From assembly GCF_037442345.1 (NCBI RefSeq), contig NZ_JBBIQL010000019.1, positions 35,724-99,723 on the forward strand: a DNA stretch of 64,000 nucleotides, in the 5' to 3' direction. The position numbers and the translations under genes are program-made. Positions 56,351 through 64,000 of the stretch are shown in pieces (the stretch's first letter is position 1; each line of letters begins with the position of its first letter). The notes under the pieces are model-generated. The model was not told where the DNA came from, searched no databases, and saw only the letters and a list, made by a program, of their open reading frames with translations. This DNA comes from Rheinheimera sp. (GTDB lineage: Bacteria > Pseudomonadota > Gammaproteobacteria > Enterobacterales > Alteromonadaceae).

Positions 56351-57178
56351 ATGAAGTACAGCTTAGTATTGATCGGTTTTCTCTGTGCGCTGCAAAGCCT
56401 GGCTTCTGCAGTGCCGGAGCGGTTGCTGACGTCCGAAAAACGGCCTTACAACTATCTGAATCATCAGTTAGTGACAGGCCTGACCATTGATTTGCTGCAT
56501 ACCATGTACCCACAACAGTTGCCGGCGGCAGTTGAACTGATGCCCTGGCCCCGCGCTTTACACACCGCCTTGCATACACCCAATGTGCTGCTGTTTACCA
56601 TGGGTAAAACGGCCCTGCGTCAGCAGCAAGGCTTTCATTTTATCGGACCGGTATCGCGCCGGGAGCACTGGCTGTACAGTGCCGAGCCTGGTTTCAAACC
56701 CTTGCTCAGCCTTGAGCATTTAAAAAGCCGCAAGTTGCTGATTGTTGGTCTGAGAGCGGGCTGGCTGAGCGAATGGCTGCAAGAACAAGGTGTGGCACTG
56801 GAAACTGTTGGTGATTATGAGCAAGGCATGCAAATGCTGGCCAGAGACCGGGCTCAGCTTTGGTTGTCGACCGAACTGGAAGAACAGGTGTTAAGGAATC
56901 ACAGCCCTGCCGGACAAAAACTCAAACCTGTGCTCAAGCTTGGCTGCTCTTACAACTACCTGGCACTGTCTCCCGGCAGCAGTCAGGCCCTGATAGAGGA
57001 TACCAGGGCTCGTTTTGCGCTGGCTATCCGCAGCCCACAACTGCAGCAACACAGGCAAAACTGGCAGCAGGAACTGGGCCTGGCATTGGGGTTATCACCC
57101 AGCGCCGGCTTTTACCTGGTCCATGAAGGCGACGCCAAATGCACTATGGATTTAGCGTCCGGTGTGCGTACTCAGTAA
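56351..57178 (+). CDS. Orphan substrate-binding periplasmic protein (family 3-like)
   Basis: Signal peptide, TSEKRPYNY, MPWPRAL, FTMGKTALR, FIGPV. Confidence 0.75.
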   Translation: MKYSLVLIGFLCALQSLASAVPERLLTSEKRPYNYLNHQLVTGLTIDLLHTMYPQQLPAAVELMPWPRALHTALHTPNVLLFTMGKTALRQQQGFHFIGPVSRREHWLYSAEPGFKPLLSLEHLKSRKLLIVGLRAGWLSEWLQEQGVALETVGDYEQGMQMLARDRAQLWLSTELEEQVLRNHSPAGQKLKPVLKLGCSYNYLALSPGSSQALIEDTRARFALAIRSPQLQQHRQNWQQELGLALGLSPSAGFYLVHEGDAKCTMDLASGVRTQ

Positions 57179-57279
57179 CGCCCATTCAGCAGCCGCCAGT
57201 CTCAACCGGCCAAAGTCAAAGCAGCCATGGAGATCCTGGCAACAGCGCTGCGTCACCTGACGACGGCTTAAAGCGCAGT

Positions 57280-58521
57280 TCAGGCTTTGCGCAGCACCAG
57301 CTGCACTGTGCTGGTGGCGCGCTCGAGAAAACCACCTTCACAATAGGCCAGGTAATAAAGCCAGAGCCGTTTAAAGCGCTCATCGTAACCAAAGGCCGGT
57401 AACTCAGACCAGTTTGCCAGAAAATTGCTGCGCCAGTCCGCCAGGGTGCGGGCGTAATCCAGGCCTATATCCTGCAGCCCCTCAATCACCATGTTGCTGT
57501 GTGCCGTGCAGGCTTTGGCCAGCTCAGTTACCGAGGGCAAAAAGCCCCCTGGAAAGATATAACGCTGAATAAAGTCGACATTGTCGCGGTAATACGCAAA
57601 CCGCTGGTCGGCAATGGTGATGGACTGGAGCAGCATTTTGCCACCGGGTTTCAGCAGGCTGTTGCATTGAGAAAAGAAGCCCGGCATAAATTCCTCTCCT
57701 ACGGCTTCAATCATCTCAATGGACACCAGCTTGTCGTACTGCCCAGTCAGATCACGGTAATCCTGTTTCAGTAGGGTAATACGATCCTGCAACCCGGCAG
57801 CTATCACTTGTTGCTGTGCGTACAGATACTGCTGCTCAGAAATGGTGGTGGTGGTGACCTTACAGCCAAAATGTTGTGCTGCAAACAGGGCCAGGCCTCC
57901 CCAGCCAGTGCCGATTTCCAGCAGATGGTCTGCCGGACTTAACTGCAATTTCTGACAAATCAGCTGCAGCTTGTGTTGCTGAGCCTGCGCCAGGCTGGCC
58001 TCTGCCGTCGGGTACACAGCCGCCGAATACATCATGCTGGGGTCAAGAAAACGACTGTACAGTTCGTTGCCTAAATCATAATGCGCCTGAATATTGGCTT
58101 TGGAACCGGTTTTGGTATTGCGGTTGGCCCGGTGAAACCAGGCGTCTTTCAGGCGGCCCCACCAGCCTTTATGCTGTTCCAGCTGATCAGTCATCTGTTG
58201 CGCTCTGGCAAACAGGCGGATCAGTGCCGTTAAGTCCGGTGAGCGCCACTTCCCCGCAATAAAAGCTTCAGCGGCGCCAATACTGCCACCGAGCACAATA
58301 TCTTTGTAAAGACTGGCATCATCCACCAGCAGTGTGGCGTGCAGCACCTCATCCGCTGGCTGCACATGGCCGCTTTGACCAAAATAAAAACTGCCCTCTG
58401 ATTCAACCAGCTGCAGGCTGCCGTCACGGATCTGTTCCAGCGCCTTGAACACCAGACTGCGGCAGCGCTTTTCAAACCAGCTCAGTGGCTGTGCTGTGGC
58501 CATATTTGTGATCTGTTCCAC
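57280..58521 (-). CDS. cfa: SAM-dependent fatty-acyl phospholipid methyltransferase (cyclopropane synthase/UfaM family)
   Basis: NIQAHYDLGN, MMYSAA, LEIGTGWGG, SIEMIEAVG, YIFPGG, YLAYCEGGF. Confidence 0.9.
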   Translation of the reverse strand: MEQITNMATAQPLSWFEKRCRSLVFKALEQIRDGSLQLVESEGSFYFGQSGHVQPADEVLHATLLVDDASLYKDIVLGGSIGAAEAFIAGKWRSPDLTALIRLFARAQQMTDQLEQHKGWWGRLKDAWFHRANRNTKTGSKANIQAHYDLGNELYSRFLDPSMMYSAAVYPTAEASLAQAQQHKLQLICQKLQLSPADHLLEIGTGWGGLALFAAQHFGCKVTTTTISEQQYLYAQQQVIAAGLQDRITLLKQDYRDLTGQYDKLVSIEMIEAVGEEFMPGFFSQCNSLLKPGGKMLLQSITIADQRFAYYRDNVDFIQRYIFPGGFLPSVTELAKACTAHSNMVIEGLQDIGLDYARTLADWRSNFLANWSELPAFGYDERFKRLWLYYLAYCEGGFLERATSTVQLVLRKA

Positions 58522-58541
58522 CCGTCACTCTCCGTTGCTAC

Positions 58542-59345
58542 TTAGCTTTGTGTTGGTTTTTGATAAGGTACAAAGGGCACCCGCTTGGCAAACAACTTCA
58601 GCGCCTGCCAGTAAATGGCGGCCACCACTTTGAGCGTCATCAGTGACATCGACAGCCGTAAGCGCCATGCGCTGGCCTGGCCTGACGGCACTTTTCGCAT
58701 CGTCAGTGTCGCGTCAAATAACTTCCCGTCACTGTGCGGCTGCGCGGCTGTCGCCCTTCTGTTTTCAATATGAATAAATAACCTGTCGCTGTCGGGCATT
58801 GGTGGTTTCAGCTGCCAGTGGTAGTTCATCAGCAAGTCCATAAAGGGCGACACATGAAAGGCTTTCACAGTCACCGCTTCCAGCTGCTGCAATGACACCA
58901 GGTAATAATGTTTTTCCAGCCAGGGAGTGTTACTGACTTCCACCAGCACCGAGTGGCAATACTCATTGCTGTCGTAACAAAAGAAAAAATTGGCCGGGCT
59001 GAAATACACACCAAAACTGCGCACCTGCACCAGCATCAATACCCTGGCAATCTCGACGTCACAGCCCAGCGCCCTGACTTTTTCTGTAATACGTTGCTTC
59101 AGTGGGGCCGGATCACCGGGCAGGTAATCTTGCTGCCGAAACCGCAGCGGTGACCACCAGGCGGTACCGAGCACGTCAGCCGGCACCCGCTGCGCAGCCA
59201 GTTCATCCGGATCCAGTGCCACCATATGCAACTGATAGGTAAACTGATGTGGTTTGGGGCTAAAGCGACGATGCCGCACCTGTCCGCTAAACACGGCACT
59301 GTGAATCACTGGGGACAGTGGAGGCTTGTCCTGAAGTTCAGCCAT
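58542..59345 (-). CDS. DUF1365-family protein (UfaO-like)
   Basis: HRRFSPKPHQFTY, FSPANFFFC, EVSNTPW, KAFHVSPFM, IYWQALKL. Confidence 0.88.
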   Translation of the reverse strand: MAELQDKPPLSPVIHSAVFSGQVRHRRFSPKPHQFTYQLHMVALDPDELAAQRVPADVLGTAWWSPLRFRQQDYLPGDPAPLKQRITEKVRALGCDVEIARVLMLVQVRSFGVYFSPANFFFCYDSNEYCHSVLVEVSNTPWLEKHYYLVSLQQLEAVTVKAFHVSPFMDLLMNYHWQLKPPMPDSDRLFIHIENRRATAAQPHSDGKLFDATLTMRKVPSGQASAWRLRLSMSLMTLKVVAAIYWQALKLFAKRVPFVPYQKPTQS

Positions 59346-60624
59346 GACCGGCAGGCCCCGCTGCAGCCAGATCACAGTCAAAACGCTGCGCCACATCCAA
59401 AGCACTGCGCACACCATCTTCATGAAAACCGTTGTACCAGTAAGCGCCGGCAAAATGGGTGTGGCGCTGGCCACAAATCTGTGCCCGCTGCTGTGCTGCG
59501 GCCAGCGACTGCACCGAGTAGACCGGGTGGTGATAGACAAAACGACGCAGAATTTTTTCGGGGGCAATCTGCTCCGTCTGGTTCAGCGTGACGCAAAAGG
59601 TGTGCTCTGACTCAATGCCTTGCAGAATATTCATATTGTAAGTGACGCAGGCTGGCCGGTCTGGGTCTGCACCCAACTGATAATTCCAGCTGGCCCAGGC
59701 TTTACGCCGTTTTGGCAATAAAGATTCGTCCGTATGCAGCACCACCTGATTGGGGCTGTACTGCAAAGCCGACAGAATGCGCTGCTCCTCAGCCGAGGCG
59801 TCGGCCAGCATGGCCAGGGCCTGATCGGAATGGCACGCCAGCACCAGTTCATCAAAGCTCTGCTCTGAACCGTCGGCAAAACAAAGACGCACTTTATCTG
59901 ACTCCCGGACAATCTGCCGGATATCGGCATTGCACTGAATGCGGTCGGCAAAAGGCTGAGTCAGAGGCCCCAGATAACTGCGCGAGCCTTGTGGGATCAC
60001 ATACCATTGTGGCCTGTCTGTGACATTCAACAGCCCATGATTATGGAAAAAGCGGATAAAAAACTGCAATGGAAACAGCTCCATCGCCGTTAACGAACTG
60101 GACCAGATGGCCGCCCCCATTGGCAATATGTAGTTTTGTGCAAAAAAACGTGAAAACCCCTGCTGCTGCAAAAAACTACCGAGTGTGGCGCTCTCTTCCA
60201 GAGACGGCCCTTGGTACAAGGCTTTGCATAAACGGTTGAATCTTAGTATTTCGCTGAGCAAGCCCCAGAACTTCGGATTCAGCCAATTGCGTTTTTGCGC
60301 AAATAAAGTCGACAGGCTATGGCCATTGTATTCCAGGCCAGTCAGGCTATTTTTCACTGAAAAGCTCATTTCTGTGGGCTGGCGACCGACGCCAAGCTCA
60401 GCCAGCAACGCCAGAAAATTCGGGTAGGTTTTGTCATTAAACACAATAAAACCTGTGTCTATGGCATAACGGCGACCAGCCAGCTCAATATCCACTGTGG
60501 CGGTATGACCGCCTATCACTGGTGCCTGTTCAAACACCTGCACCTGATGTTTCTTTGACAACAGATAAGCAGCGGTTAAGCCTGAAATTCCTGCACCTAC
60601 AATGGCAATAGTCTTCATAGTCAT
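59338..60624 (-). CDS. FAD-dependent oxidoreductase (UfaD-like desaturase)
   Basis: GAGISG, GGHTAT, DTGFIVFN, AASIWSS-like AAIWSS, WASWNY, GFHEDG. Confidence 0.88.
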   Translation of the reverse strand: MTMKTIAIVGAGISGLTAAYLLSKKHQVQVFEQAPVIGGHTATVDIELAGRRYAIDTGFIVFNDKTYPNFLALLAELGVGRQPTEMSFSVKNSLTGLEYNGHSLSTLFAQKRNWLNPKFWGLLSEILRFNRLCKALYQGPSLEESATLGSFLQQQGFSRFFAQNYILPMGAAIWSSSLTAMELFPLQFFIRFFHNHGLLNVTDRPQWYVIPQGSRSYLGPLTQPFADRIQCNADIRQIVRESDKVRLCFADGSEQSFDELVLACHSDQALAMLADASAEEQRILSALQYSPNQVVLHTDESLLPKRRKAWASWNYQLGADPDRPACVTYNMNILQGIESEHTFCVTLNQTEQIAPEKILRRFVYHHPVYSVQSLAAAQQRAQICGQRHTHFAGAYWYNGFHEDGVRSALDVAQRFDCDLAAAGPAGHG

Positions 60625-60675
60625 CCAGATTAATTAATAAATAGTGCGCCGCGCCTGCCGCTGTTTTTATCTGGC

Positions 60676-61401
60676 TCAGGCCTGATCCATACGCCCAGCC
60701 AGCCAGTACCAGACCCGATCAGGCAACAAAGCCAGAACCTTGAGCAGCAGCGTCAGGCGTTTGGGAAAATGCAGGTACATGCGGCCTTGCTGCACGCCGC
60801 GATAAATCCGCTGCGCCGCTTGCTCTGCACTTTGCAGAAAGGGCATCGCAAAATCGTTTTTATCGGTCAGCGGGGTTTTGATAAAGCCCGGGTGCACCAA
60901 AGTGACCCCAATGTCGTACTGTTGCAGGTCCAGCCGTAAACTCGCGGCCAGATAGTCCAACCCCGCCTTGGACGCCCCGTACGCCTGAGCCCTGGTAAAA
61001 GGCAACAACGTGGCGCTGGAACTGACCACAACCAGTTGCCCCCCCCGCTTCAGCTTTGGCAGCAGGTGCTGCAGCAGGTACCCGGCAGAAATCAGATTGG
61101 TCTGAATTACCGAGGCAAAAAGTTCGCCGTCAAACTGCATCACGTCATCGATATAGCGGCAATCACCGGCATTCAGGATCAGCACATCCAGCTGCGTCAC
61201 CTGAAGGGCTGCCGCCGCTATTTGAGCCGGATCTGTGATGTCAAAACGCAGTGGCTGAACTGCCGGTGAGACGGCAGACAGCTGTTGTAGCCTCGCGTCA
61301 TTGCGGCCACAGGCAACGACCTGCCAGCCCTGTTTCAGGTACTGGTGAACTAACGCTTCACCAATGCCAGAACTGGCCCCCGTAATCAGCACCTGCTTCA
61401 T
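60676..61401 (-). CDS. SDR-family oxidoreductase
   Basis: TGASSGIG, LNAG, YGASK, PGFIKTPLT. Confidence 0.9.
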   Translation of the reverse strand: MKQVLITGASSGIGEALVHQYLKQGWQVVACGRNDARLQQLSAVSPAVQPLRFDITDPAQIAAAALQVTQLDVLILNAGDCRYIDDVMQFDGELFASVIQTNLISAGYLLQHLLPKLKRGGQLVVVSSSATLLPFTRAQAYGASKAGLDYLAASLRLDLQQYDIGVTLVHPGFIKTPLTDKNDFAMPFLQSAEQAAQRIYRGVQQGRMYLHFPKRLTLLLKVLALLPDRVWYWLAGRMDQA

Positions 61402-61880
61402 TGGCTGGCCCGCCGTTTTACCCAGCGGATCAAGGCACCGACCACTGGCAGATGTTCGTACAGCATTTGCCCGGCGTCGAGGTAATCGCGGTGATACACC
61501 ACCTTGTCCTGTTCACCGCGGATCAGCGAATGCCCTTCCACCCGAATGGGTTTTCCCTGATTCAGTTGCGGGTGCGCGTAGGTCATGGTCCAGTACAGCG
61601 CTGCACTGTTACCTTGATACAACACCGATTCAATCTGGAATTTGCATTGGGTCAGTTTACTGTACAGCCCGGCAAAATAGCTCAGCAACGATTCCAGCCC
61701 CTGCACCTGGTGCAAGGGATCCTGAAACTGAACCTGTGGGTGATACAAAGTGGCCAAGGGATCCAATGGACCTACCGCCAGTGACTGATAGGTCAGGATA
61801 AAACGCTTCAGCCACAGAGGATAATCTGCAACCGAAGTGTCTGAAACCTGGTTTTTCTGAACATCTGCTGGCATGGTCAC
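61398..61880 (-). CDS. NTF2/SnoaL-like protein
   Basis: LYHPQVQFQDP, LYWTM, HRDYLD, LYEHLPVVG. Confidence 0.85.
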   Translation of the reverse strand: MTMPADVQKNQVSDTSVADYPLWLKRFILTYQSLAVGPLDPLATLYHPQVQFQDPLHQVQGLESLLSYFAGLYSKLTQCKFQIESVLYQGNSAALYWTMTYAHPQLNQGKPIRVEGHSLIRGEQDKVVYHRDYLDAGQMLYEHLPVVGALIRWVKRRASQ

Positions 61881-61914
61881 TCCATAGGCTCTTAAATTGA
61901 GATATTAACATAAC

Positions 61915-61942
61915 AATACGTCAAAATCTCAGCGCCGGATCA
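61915..61942 (-). promoter_or_regulatory. RpoE(ChrR)-dependent promoter for the lipid-modification operon
   Basis: Minus strand TGATCC-N16-CGTATT. Confidence 0.8.
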
Positions 61943-61943
61943 C

Positions 61944-62621
61944 CTAATAAATAAAATTACCTATGGGGTTGAGCAATCTGTTCATCCCCTGCGTAAAGCG
62001 CTGGGGAGCATCGGCCACGGTAAAACACAGACAACCTGCCTCGGAAACCGGCTGGTGGGTATGGCTGCCGTCCAACATCATAAAATCACCCGGACCATAA
62101 CGGCCATGAGCGTCGGTAAATTCGCCGCTGAGCAACAAAGTCAGCTCAAAGCCTTTATGGCTGTGCTCTGGCACTCCTCCACCCGGCTGGATATACAATA
62201 AACTGCTGTGTAATGATCCTTCATTCAGTGCAAAGCGGGCTCTGGATAATTTGCCGAACTGGCTGAAAGCCCCAAGTGGCAAAGATTGCAAGGCACGGGG
62301 CAAGGGGTACTGCTGACCAGCCACAGCAATAAATTTTGTCTTGCTCTGAACAACGGGCAACGGCTCATCATCCAACTGCATAGACCCCAGCATCTGTTCA
62401 AGGTCAGGGTCCAGTTGTTGCGGTTGCCAGGCAAAATCATGGTCACCGTTTTGCTCTGCGTCTAACCAGAGCGCAGACTGTTCCTGGGTCAGCTGTTCAA
62501 TACGTTCAGCGCAGCAAGGACACATTTGTGCATGCACAGCCACAGCCGCTGTCAGAGAAACGGGCAATTCCCCGGCCACAAAAGCGGCCAGCATTGTTTC
62601 TGTCGGGTGATGGTTAATCAT
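61944..62621 (-). CDS. chrR: ChrR anti-sigma factor
   Basis: HHP...H..MC..C zinc motif (HAQMCPCC) and C-terminal cupin (HSHKGFELTLLL). Confidence 0.93.
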   Translation of the reverse strand: MINHHPTETMLAAFVAGELPVSLTAAVAVHAQMCPCCAERIEQLTQEQSALWLDAEQNGDHDFAWQPQQLDPDLEQMLGSMQLDDEPLPVVQSKTKFIAVAGQQYPLPRALQSLPLGAFSQFGKLSRARFALNEGSLHSSLLYIQPGGGVPEHSHKGFELTLLLSGEFTDAHGRYGPGDFMMLDGSHTHQPVSEAGCLCFTVADAPQRFTQGMNRLLNPIGNFIY

Positions 62622-63240
62622 GGCCTTCTCCCAGTTGCTGCTTTAACTTCGCCAGTGCTAACCGCAGTCTGGACTTCACTGTGCCCAAAGGCACCCCCAG
62701 CTGTTCAGCCAGCTGCTGTTGGGTCAGTTCCATAAAATACACCCCATGCACGACCTGACGCTGATGCTCAGAGAGGCAGTCTAAACCGGCTAAAATAGCT
62801 TCCTTGGCCAGGTGATCGCCAATGGCAGGATCAGAGCTGTCTGCCTCATCCAATAAAGGCCAGAAATCGTCACTGATGCTGTCTTCCTGATTGGCTTTAA
62901 TCTTGCGGAGTAAATCGAAGGTGACATTGCGCATGACCCGGTACACCCAGACGGTTGCAGAGCCTTTTTCCGGATCAAACAAATGAGCTTTACGCCAGAT
63001 GTTGCTCATCGTTTCCTGCACCACATCATTGGCCAGATCTGAATTGATCAGTTTCGCTGCCGCCATCCGCTTAATCCTGGGCGCAAAAAAACGAAACAGT
63101 GCAGTAAACGCCTGTTTGTCCCTTTTCAGTGCAACTGCAGTAAGCAGTTGACTTAATTCCTGATTATCTGAATCTGTGCTCATAAGCCTAGATGTAATGC
63201 ATCCTGTGGCCTTTTGCAATTCTGTTGTCACCTGCAACAT
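62614..63240 (-). CDS. rpoE: ECF sigma factor of the RpoE-ChrR class
   Basis: DVVQETM..IWRKA (region 2), GTVKSRLRLAL (region 4); overlaps chrR. Confidence 0.92.
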   Translation of the reverse strand: MLQVTTELQKATGCITSRLMSTDSDNQELSQLLTAVALKRDKQAFTALFRFFAPRIKRMAAAKLINSDLANDVVQETMSNIWRKAHLFDPEKGSATVWVYRVMRNVTFDLLRKIKANQEDSISDDFWPLLDEADSSDPAIGDHLAKEAILAGLDCLSEHQRQVVHGVYFMELTQQQLAEQLGVPLGTVKSRLRLALAKLKQQLGEGHD

Positions 63241-63270
63241 ATTCAGCTCTCGGTTGAACTCCGTAATGTC

Positions 63271-63298
63271 AGTACGATACAGAATCAGACCCGGATCA
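63271..63298 (-). promoter_or_regulatory. Autoregulatory RpoE promoter upstream of rpoE-chrR
   Basis: Minus strand TGATCC-N16-CGTACT. Confidence 0.8.
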
Positions 63299-63874
63299 CT
63301 GAGCGTCTGTTTTATTCAGTAAAATCTCAGAAAGCAAAGCAACGGCTTTGGGATAACTGTCTGGCAGGTAAAACAGCACTTTATAGCTGTTGGCAATAGG
63401 GGCAAGCTCCAGCCAACGGGCCACCACCCAGCTCTCCTGCTCAAACAGCGGTGCAGAGTACAACGAGCTGAGCTGTTCATTCTGCTGCAGGCATTGCTGC
63501 AATGAAGCAGCAAACAGCTGACTCGCGGACCCCGTCAGCTCTGCCGGCCAATGCGCCACCGGACTGGCTTGCGCCCAGAGTAGCTGATCCGGATCTCTGG
63601 CGGCCTGGCTGAGCAGCACCAAGCCTTTGCACAACACGTCAATTTGCAAGAGCCCGTTCTGGCTCTGACCAAAGTTGGTGATCTGCACCCAGCTGCCAAA
63701 TTCAGACAAAGCCCCCCCGGTGCCAGTGGTCTGGATCACAAAACCATCCCCCTGACTCGCCACTTTCACCATTTTCAGGTAACGCGGCTCAAAGATATTC
63801 AGCCGGGTCATGCCACCCGGCAGCAAAAACACTGGCAGTGGAAATACTGGGATCCGCATTGTTTCTGTCAACAC
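63296..63874 (-). CDS. LON peptidase substrate-binding-domain protein (start uncertain: GTG 63874 or ATG 63859)
   Basis: PVFPLPVFLLPGG...IFEPRYLKMV, the LON N-terminal signature; AGGAG RBS near 63880. Confidence 0.82.
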   Translation of the reverse strand: MLTETMRIPVFPLPVFLLPGGMTRLNIFEPRYLKMVKVASQGDGFVIQTTGTGGALSEFGSWVQITNFGQSQNGLLQIDVLCKGLVLLSQAARDPDQLLWAQASPVAHWPAELTGSASQLFAASLQQCLQQNEQLSSLYSAPLFEQESWVVARWLELAPIANSYKVLFYLPDSYPKAVALLSEILLNKTDAQ

Positions 63875-63887
63875 TGCTCTCCTAACC

Positions 63888-64000
63888 TCAGCCGCCAGCA
63901 GTTGCCTGCGCTTTTGGCTGGCATTGCCGTAACGGGCTTTCTTTATCAAAAAACAACGTAATTTCAGCCACAGTCAGCCCAAATTTTTTCATCTTGGTGC
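63888..64000 (-). CDS. Probable 3' end of an upstream gene entering from beyond the window
   Basis: Open frame ...TKMKKFGLTVAEITLFFDKESPLRQCQPKAQATAGG* ending just before the LON RBS; no family recognised. Confidence 0.3.
   Translation of the reverse strand, partial: TKMKKFGLTVAEITLFFDKESPLRQCQPKAQATAGG

Noticed and set aside
1-64000. CRISPR arrays, tRNA/rRNA genes, IS transposases, prophage genes
   Set aside because: No regularly spaced direct repeats, cloverleaf or rRNA-like tracts, or transposase/integrase motifs were seen by eye; tRNAscan, CRISPR and IS searches were not run

Overview
A gammaproteobacterial chromosomal segment. Gene content and style suggest a Rheinheimera/Alishewanella/Shewanella-like organism (inference only). 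Most of the window is a plant-hemicellulose utilisation super-locus. (i) 1-12.8 kb: oxidative, non-phosphorylative L-arabinose catabolism, with a YtfQRT-YjfF-type ABC importer, mutarotase, SDR dehydrogenase, IlvD/Edd dehydratase, FAH-family KDA dehydratase, KGSA dehydrogenase, a GH43 and a FadR/DgoR-type regulator with three visible operators. (ii) 13-18.4 kb: three tandem c-di-GMP enzymes. (iii) 19.8-42 kb: a xylan locus (TonB-dependent receptor, GH9, GH10, GH115, two further GH43, XylR, XylB, XylA, mutarotase, GPH symporter) containing three ERIC-like miniature repeats. (iv) 42-43.8 kb: a small AT-rich insert with a structured non-coding leader, a HEPN-like orphan ORF and a RelE/XRE toxin-antitoxin pair. 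(v) 43.8-48.8 kb: mannonate dehydratase, an OhrR-like regulator with an alpha/beta hydrolase, and an SGNH acetylesterase. (vi) 48.8-56 kb: a second TonB receptor module. (vii) 57-64 kb: an RpoE-ChrR singlet-oxygen regulon with a cfa/DUF1365/FAD-desaturase (furan fatty acid-type) cluster and two clear sigmaE promoters. The least explained system occurs twice: a sugar-locus TonB receptor followed by a flavin-dependent halogenase-like enzyme and Fe(II)/2OG-type oxygenases (DUF6445, plus a JmjC cupin and SapC in the second copy), all with catalytic motifs intact and no known substrate. I found no rRNA, tRNA, CRISPR array or transposase. All family calls come from motif recognition by eye; no database search was run.
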